The position numbers and the translations under genes are program-made. Below the pieces are notes generated by a model that saw only the letters and a list, made by a program, of their open reading frames with translations, had not been told where the DNA came from and made no database searches. A DNA stretch of 64,000 nt from Octopus sinensis (lineage: Eukaryota), in assembly GCF_006345805.1 (NCBI RefSeq), contig NC_043001.1, forward strand, positions 113,770,001 to 113,834,000, given 5' to 3'. Positions within the stretch are counted from its first letter, which is position 1. The number at the start of each line of letters is the position of its first letter. Below are positions 56,012 through 64,000 of the stretch, in pieces.

Positions 56012-56309
56012 CAGCAGCAGTTGTGGTGGTGCTGTTAGTAGTAACAGTAGTAGTAGTGGTCGTGGCGGTAGTAGTAGTATTAGTGGTAGTAGAGGTAGTA
56101 ATAGTTGTGGTAGTGGTAGCAGTAGTAGAAGCAGTAGCGGCGGTAGTGTAGGTGCGGTTATAAGTAAGGTTATAAGTAAGGTCATCACCGCAACCACGAT
56201 GGTCACTACTGCCGCTGCAAGAATCATCGTCGTCATCTTCAACATCATCATCAACATCACCATCACCTTTAGCATCAATTGCTGCATCAGATCAGCCTCA
56301 AGCTCACTA

Positions 56310-57589
56310 TCTATATATATATAAAACTGAGAATGTGTGTATGTATGTCTGTCTGTGTGAATCCCTAAAACTTGAGAACTACACAACCAATTTCATTCAA
56401 ATTTTACACATGCCTTACTTAGGGTTCATGCAGTGTCATGGGCAAAAAAAAAAGTTTAACTTCTTACCTAGGGCGAGCCCACAGAAATATCATATTTTCT
56501 CCACTATTTCAGTATTAAGTGTTAAAAGTGAAACAAAAGCATCTCTCTATTGTATGTATATGGATGTATACATATATATATATATATACATGTATATATA
56601 TAGATGTATATGTATACATGTATATGTATAGATGTATTTCTATAGATATACATGTATATGTAAACATGTATGTCTAGATGTATATATAGATGTACATGTA
56701 ATATGTACACATATATATACATGCATACATATATAAACCCATACACACACACCGATCCCACACACACACACATAGGTGCAGGTGTGGCTGTGTGGTAACA
56801 AACTTGGTTCCAAATCCCATGGTCCTCAGTTCAGTCCCACTGTGTGGTAACTTGGCATGTGTCTTCTGCTATAGCCTCAGACCAACCAAAGCCTTGTCAG
56901 TGGATTTTGTAGACAGAAACTGATAGAATATGTACCAGGCTTATCAGTATATAAGAAAACTGAGTTTGCACACTCAGCTGTATCTATCAATTTATCTTTG
57001 TGTGTGTATGTTTGTGTATGTGTGTGTGTGTATACATATATACATATACATATATGTATGGACATACACACACACATGTATATATAGCATAGTTCTTGAA
57101 TCGGTACTTCAAGTAACGACTAGGGTGGGGTAACTGACTGCTTATTGTGATAATTCGTCTTTTGGTTTTCTGTAGCTTTGCTCTATTTTACAAACCCAGT
57201 GAACATATATTTCCTATTTCAAAGAAATTCAAACAATAGATATAAGACCCAAGTTAAAAAGATTTTCAACAATTAAACTTCTCTGGTTGACATTAAGATG
57301 TCGACCCCCAACAGGGGCCTTAACTCTCACATTTTAGAGCTCCATGACCTTCATTTTTTAGGAGCAAAATCTTTTTTAACAGGTTTTGGAATATGCGCAT
57401 AAAAATCAGTAGTATGGGATACATGTGGCACGATTACAAATTTTTTAGGGTGTGTAAAGAAGGAAATAACCCTCATCTGCATTTTTGATGAAATTCGAAA
57501 CAGATATTCCAGTTCATTACAGGAAATATAACGGAAAAGTCTAATTCTTCAATTGAATATAATCGGGCAACGCCGGGTATCTCTGCTAG
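56310..57589 (+). mobile_element. Probable non-autonomous Helitron with nested SINE A fragment (56774-56926)
   Basis: A|TCTATATATATATAAAACTG start, as at 30922; TCGGGCAACGCCGGG-N-CTGCTAG|T end. Pairing of the two ends is inferred. Confidence 0.65.
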
Positions 57590-57607
57590 TCTACGATAAA
57601 AACATTT

Positions 57608-57640
57608 ACTACTACTGCTATTACAACAACAACAACAACA

Positions 57641-57676
<36 letters not shown>

Positions 57677-57722
57677 GCTGCTGCTGTTGCTACTACTACT
57701 ACTACTACTGCTGCTGCTACTA

Positions 57723-57777
<55 letters not shown>

Positions 57778-57780
57778 CAT
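57608..57780. repeat. (CTA)/(CAA)/(CTG) microsatellite
   Basis: Read directly. Confidence 0.95.
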
Positions 57781-58440
57781 TTCTTCAGCGTATAAACATA
57801 AACTCAATAACAAACATAATATTGCCTTCATCTGGTTTCTATCAGTTGTCTCATGGAAAAAGATAAAAACATCGTATTTATTTGTTACGAAGAATAAAAT
57901 ATATATACATATATATTTGCGAGTGTGTCTGTGTGTGTATGTATGTATGTATACAAACACATATACATAATATATGCATACACGCATACATGCAAACAAT
58001 AATAGATAGATAAATAAATAAGTAGATTGATAGACAGATAGAGAGACAGAGGGGTGAAAAGAGAGAGATAGGGGAGAGCGGAAAATAGTGGTGGGGAGGA
58101 AGAAGAGAAATAACGAAGAGTAACACAGTTAAGTAAATAAAAAAGGATAGTGAACAAAGAGAGTATCTTGAGCCTCCCCTCGTCCAGGCTTTATCATTAA
58201 CTCCATGGAATTGGTCTGACATTTATTTGAAATAAGTATCGCCGGTTAAATAAATACGTTTTACTGATACGGCTAACTTATATAACAAGGAAAACGGTCA
58301 TCTGTGTTGTTGTTTTTTCTTGTTTTTTTTTTGTTGTTGTTATTTTGCGGGTCACAGCAGAATTAATTCTCAGCAAGATTTTCATTGTGAACCACGACTC
58401 GACATGAATGCATGCATGCAAATTTTTATACATACATACA

Positions 58441-58630
58441 TAACGTTCGAGGTGCGGAGTAGATAAAACATTGGATAACTGATGAAGGGATTGTCCTTTA
58501 TGTTGCCTGTCTCGTTTTCCTATTTGTTTCTTTTGTTGTTCAAAAAAATAAAGTTCGTTTTCCATGTTTTTGTAATTCTGTTCTCATTCTTCATGTTGTC
58601 TACGTTATTTAACGTCCTGCACCAATATAT
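58441..58630 (+). mobile_element. Short repeat fragment (same family as 21695-21868)
   Basis: GAGTAGATAAAAC..ACTGATGAAGGG..GTCCTGCAC. Confidence 0.45.
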
Positions 58631-58645
58631 GCATGTGTGTGTATT

Positions 58646-58711
<66 letters not shown>

Positions 58712-59903
58712 ATATATATATATGTGCGTGTGTGCGTGTGTGTGTCTAGGTTTGTACATGTATGTATATATGCATATATATATATTATATTATATTATAT
58801 ATATTTATATATATATAATATTATTATATGATCGAACACCACTCATCCATTTCCATACATACATGCATGCATACAGACATACATACACACATACATACAT
58901 ACATACATACATACATACATACATACACATACATACATACATACATACATACATGCATACATGCATACATACAAAAATACCTTGATGTCGATGCTGAAAT
59001 TTCAATGAAAGAGCCTTGGATCTATGTTAGAATCCGTTCTTTCTCTGCTGGCAAGAAATCTTGAAATAAAATTGAATAATGACATACATACACACACACA
59101 TATGTATAAACACACACACACACACACACACATACACACACACACACACACACGCACACACACATACTCACACACATATAGGTACATAAATATAGGAAGT
59201 AAAATATGGCTGGTTTATGTGTGTGTGTGCGAGAGAGAGAGTGTGTCAAAAAAAGCCTACGTCTGTGCCTATTAATGTTTGCCGGTGTAAATCAGTGTAC
59301 AGAGGTGTTGTATTCTTGTCCGTTAAGATAATTAATTTAACTTTCCGATTAAGTAAATACTAGACTCAAATAAGTATCCAGTACTTTAGCACGGCGGTAG
59401 TCTAATGGCGGAAAGTCGCAAAATAATGAAAGAATAAAGAAAGAACTCAAGCAGAAATACTTTTAGACGTGTATCTGTTGATAGATTTTGTATTTCGACC
59501 ACTATGATATATGTACCACCAATTTTAATATGGCGCTCTGGATAATATTCGACATTCACTTCCGGTTGGTTACCTATTTGAAGAAAAGTACCCTGCATAG
59601 AAGATCATTGTTGTTTCACCTGAAATCAATCCTGATCATCTTGAAATACAATTTATGACCAACATTTCTTTTATTATCCAGAAATATAGTGCCTAGTTCT
59701 CCCTTTTCCTGGTCGGCCTTTCTTTTGTAAAGGAGCGTTGTCTATGTATATACTTAAGTGGTTTGTAAACCGAAATGGTGCGGATGAAACAAAGGCTATT
59801 TAAAGTAGGTTGCTTATTGCGTTTAATCGCAAATACTTTTCAACCGAAGCTCGCTACCGTTAGTACGATACCATACGATATCTGTCTGTATTCATGCATT
59901 TAC

Positions 59904-60133
59904 GGCGGCGCGCTGGCAGAAACGTTAGCACGCCGGGCGAAATGCTTAGCGGTATTTCGTCTGCGTTACGTTGTGAGTTCAAATTCCGCCGAGGTCGACT
60001 TTGCCTTTCATCCTTTCGGGGTCGATAAATTAAGTACCAGTTACGCACTGGGGTCGATGTAATCGACTTAATACCTATGTCTGTCCTTGTTTGTCCTCTC
60101 TGTGTTTAGCCCCTTGTGGGTAATAAAGAAATA
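59904..60133 (+). mobile_element. SINE family B monomer with 17-bp TSD
   Basis: tRNA-like head, Meta-like GCCTTTCATCCTTTCGGGGTCGATAAATTAAGTACCAG; TSD TGTATT(C/T)ATGCATTTAC at 59887-59903 and 60134-60150. Confidence 0.92.
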
Positions 60134-60280
60134 TGTATTTATGCATTTACAGCTATTCACTGCGCAAGTTTGAATACATTATTTACAGTTAAACTAAAAG
60201 TAATACTTTTGTCACCCTCACTGAGGTGGATCAAATATTAATAAAAGAAGCTGTTACTACTCAGTCCTCTTGGTACTAAA

Positions 60281-60540
60281 TTGTTGATGTTGTTGACATC
60301 CTTTTGTCTCGGGAGACAATGGAGTTGCGCATAATATAATCCAGTCTGGTTTTTACTCCAGTGTTGCGCAGGCCTGGACTAGATGTAAGAAGATTCCGGG
60401 TATCCCAATCGTCAGGATTCCTCTCTCGACCTTGCTGACGTAGTAAAAAGGAGTGCAGAGCATTACGTTTGGCACCAGCTTAGTTGCAGGAGCTGCCAGA
60501 AGAGTGTCGAGTCGAACGCTAAACGACATACATGGTTTCA
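60281..60540 (-). mobile_element. Possible non-autonomous RTE derivative
   Basis: Minus-strand end CCATTGTCTCCCGAGACAAAAGGATGTCAACAACATCAACAA resembles RTE tails (recalled, unverified). Confidence 0.45.
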
Positions 60541-60544
60541 CTCC

Positions 60545-61083
60545 AAATAAAATAAAATAAAAAGGGGGGGGTCGATCAAAAGGGATCGTAAAAGGAGAGA
60601 AAGAGGACAAAAAAAGGGGGGGTTAAAAAAAGGGGGAGAGGAAAAAAAATTGATCAATAGGGATCGTTATCACAGAAATGTCAATATGAAGTGTAAAGGG
60701 GAGGACAGGTGAGGTTTACCCGTGGAAAGAAAAGCCTACGGAAAAGACCACGGTAACCTCGGTCAATGAAGTCACATGTTATATTTCTTTTTTTTTTTTT
60801 GCAAATAAGCAACTCTCTGTATTAATTTTTACGGTTCATAGAATCATAGTCAAGGTGGCTTCGTCATTCATACGTGCCATCCTTGCTACATTCACCCATC
60901 TTTTTTTAAAACATTCACTAGACAAAACTTGCCTCTCTACTCTCACTTTTTTCTTCAAGTGATACTTGAAGAAGTTGATGAGAGATTGACCAGAGAGGAA
61001 AGTGTTTGTCTCTAATCCTTTCAGACGCGTCCACCAGATACATTCTTTCGCCATAGCCACAAGTATGATAAAAATAGCTCTTC
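60545..61083 (-). pseudogene. 5'-truncated L1/Tx1-clade LINE: ORF2 C-terminus plus 3' UTR
   Basis: [38 protein letters not shown] (61081-60836) resembles Tx1/L1 ORF2 ends; the 5' junction lies at a (TCTA)n array. Confidence 0.65.
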
Positions 61084-61156
<73 letters not shown>

Positions 61157-62526
61157 TGTAGGCTGATAAACAGATAGACACACATACATGAACATACATA
61201 AACACGCATGTATATATATAAAGAGAGAGAGAGAGAGAGAGAGAAGGAGAAAGAGAGAAAGTGAGAGAGGGGGCAATGGAAAGAGAATAGGCCGACTCAG
61301 TGGAGAACAACATTTTCTGATATATGGAAAATAAATCATTCTGTATGTACATAAGTTTTTGCTAAGTTACAAGTATGATATTATTTTGTCATTAAAAAAA
61401 AATTAATTTAAATGTCTCTAAGTAGCGACAAATTGGTATTATGATCAGAGCTAGTTAGGGGTTCCATGCAGTGGCCTCTCAGAATAGCTGACGATCTCAA
61501 AAAAATTACCCCTCAGAAGTATTGATTGGTGAAGAAAGGGATCCGCAAGGCTAAATTGACCTTAACGAAATTGCCTGAAGAACATGTGTGCAAGTCTTCC
61601 GAGGCACAACCAAATTAACCAATTTGATTACAAGCCATTAATTTACCGCTTGCATAAAGGAGCTACAATAAAAAAAAGGAAGTTAAGAAAAAGAATAAAA
61701 AAAGAAGTAATTTTAGCATTACATACTTCCACGTCCAATTCACACAGAAAGGTACACACAAATAGAAATATTCAAATTAATGGAAGGCAGCAAATAAATG
61801 TAAAAGTTCCAATCATCTCAACAGTTTAAATCAATTTATAGAGCGCTTGAATTCTACAGCACACACACGCGCACACACCACACACAAACACACGAGGGTT
61901 TTAATGTATAGAAGCCTTTAACTCTCACTGAAATGCTGTTCATTTCTCGAACCAATTCAAACATGACTACATCCAATGATCATTTTACAAATTTTCCTTT
62001 TATTTCCATAAATAATAGTCTCTGCTCGAATAGGTCAGTGAAACTTTCCACTCTCTGCTCTTAGTCTTTACGCTTTTCTTTAACTTTTTTCTCCAACACC
62101 ATAATGTCAGATCTAATAATTTATTAATAAATTTAATAAAAATAAAATAAAAGGCAAAAACGTTTACATAAAAATCCGAAAGAACAGTTCAGTAATTATT
62201 GTATTATAATTTGTATATTTTTTGCGATGTTTTTCTGCCTTCATTCTTTCGCGTTTTCTGTTAGTATTATGGAATCCCATGATGCAAATTATGAGAGTAG
62301 TAGTAGTAATAGTAGTAGTTTGACGACACACAGCTTCGGTATGATAGTACAAGCAGTCTTAATTCAAAATGACAAACTGTCCAATTGTTTATGAAATATA
62401 GTTTACGGCCTCTTTCTGTTCGGGTTCCATGTACGAATCATTCGACCACATGCCAAAACACTACAATGAGAAAACGACAACAAAAGCACATACACGCAGG
62501 CACAATCATACAGACATATATATATA

Positions 62527-63132
62527 CAAGTAGTATAACCCGGCCTTGCCCGGGATTAAGTTACGATTATTAAGCTAATCAAGTTCTTTATTTCAAACCA
62601 AACTAAGTAATATAAACGTCAAATTTGGGCGAAATCCGTTGAAATTAGTTATATTATATATATATATACATATACATATATATATATATATATATGTTAT
62701 ATATTATATATGTATATAATATAAATATATATGGGCAACAGACACGAACACACATACACACACATACGTAGATGCCGTCAAAAAAGCAATGGCTCTCTCT
62801 CCCTCTCTCTCTCTCCCTCTCTCACTTTGTCTTTCCCGCGAAACTCTCTGCCTCCTTGTTCCACTTTTCTTTATCATATTTTTTTTTAGACGCCATCAAA
62901 AAGCAATGGCTGATACTTGTTATGGTTAAAAGCTATGGTTGAAAATGGTTGAAAATAGATTTTTGCCCTATTCGCGGGTGCCTCGGGAAAACAATAAGTT
63001 GACAAAACCCAGAGAGGATGTTGACGGATGTCCTCCTAAAATTTGAGCGAAGTGCGTGCTAATTTGTGGACGTGCATAAATTACAATCACGTACACTCAC
63101 ACGCACACACATCCTCCCTTTTATAGATATGA
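62527..63132 (-). mobile_element. Non-autonomous Helitron, downstream unit of tandem
   Basis: Minus strand: TCATATCTATAAAAGG start, CCCGGGC-AAG-GCCGGG hairpin, CTTG|T (mutated CTAG) end. Confidence 0.8.
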
Positions 63133-63262
63133 CTAGCAGTATAACCCGGCCTTGCCCGGGATTAAGTTACGATTATTAAGCTAATCAAGTTCTTTATTTC
63201 AAACCAAACTAAGTAATATATACGTCAACTTTGGGCGAAATCCGTTGAAATTAGTTATATTA
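63133..63262 (-). mobile_element. Helitron 3' part, upstream unit of tandem
   Basis: Near-identical to 62527-62655; its CTAG abuts the TC of the next unit. Confidence 0.8.
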
Positions 63263-63309
63263 TATATATATATATATTATTATATTATATATATTATATA
63301 TATATATAT

Positions 63310-63426
<117 letters not shown>

Positions 63427-63429
63427 TAT

Positions 63430-64000
63430 TAAGGTATGTAGAAAAATACAACATGGACAAGAACGTATAACTCTTAGAAGACGATACAATAACACGGACA
63501 GAACATTCGAAACCCTCAGTCTTCAGTCAAGAACCGGATCATCGTAGTAATTTCGGCTGATTAATCTTGAGATTACTAGATCACGGCCAGCCCTCCAAGA
63601 AAAACTAAGCAACGAGCATTAGAAAAACTAAGCTGGGAGCGTAGATTTCCTGGAAGAAGGATCGAATGCATACGGACACCAGGACAGCAAAAGGGACGAA
63701 TATAAAAAAACAAAAAAATAATGGAATACAGAAACATGAAATACAGAAGCATTAACGGTGAAAACAACAACAAGTGTCTTACGACTGATAACAAGCAAAC
63801 AAATTTTTTCTCTGGCGCAAGGAAAGGAGCCTTATCGGCGATGCCTATAGCGGCCGACGAAAAACAACGATATTAACACGACGCTGGTCAGAAGCTGAAA
63901 GGCAGATTTCGGCCAGCAGTCACGTGACAGAGGAGAGAGAAAAGAAAAGAAAGAGAAGCAGCAGAAGAGAGAGAGAGAGGAGGGACAAACGCAACAAAGA
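63430..64000. mobile_element. Unclassified repeat-like sequence starting at a (TA)n tract
   Basis: Abrupt onset after (TA)n, purine-skewed; no second copy in the window. Confidence 0.3.

Noticed and set aside
55910-56386. Ser/Gly- and Leu-rich ORFs
   Set aside because: Derived from (AGT)n microsatellite.

Overview
This is an AT-rich eukaryotic window dominated by microsatellites and transposon debris. The repeat content suggests an octopus (cephalopod) intergenic or intronic region, which is an inference. I found no recognisable host protein-coding exon, and most ORF-track entries are microsatellite translations. Supported content: (1) three tRNA-headed SINE families, several with clear target-site duplications (TSDs), showing tail-swapping and fixed dimers; (2) 5'-truncated non-LTR retrotransposon pieces, namely three R4/Dong-like restriction-endonuclease elements, one RTE/RTE-X and one L1/Tx1; (3) non-autonomous Helitrons, two of them head-to-tail tandems; (4) MITE and foldback elements. 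The most interesting signal is a dispersed set of minimal type-I hammerhead ribozyme motifs with palindromic stem III, the form known from Penelope-like elements. One looks fully intact (53871-53976) and sits next to an inverted copy of its own 3' half. Another carries a compensatory U3-A8 core. Different element classes also appear to occupy different microsatellites: Dong in (AAT)n and Penelope-like pieces in (TA)n. All calls were made by eye, and no searches or folding computations were run.
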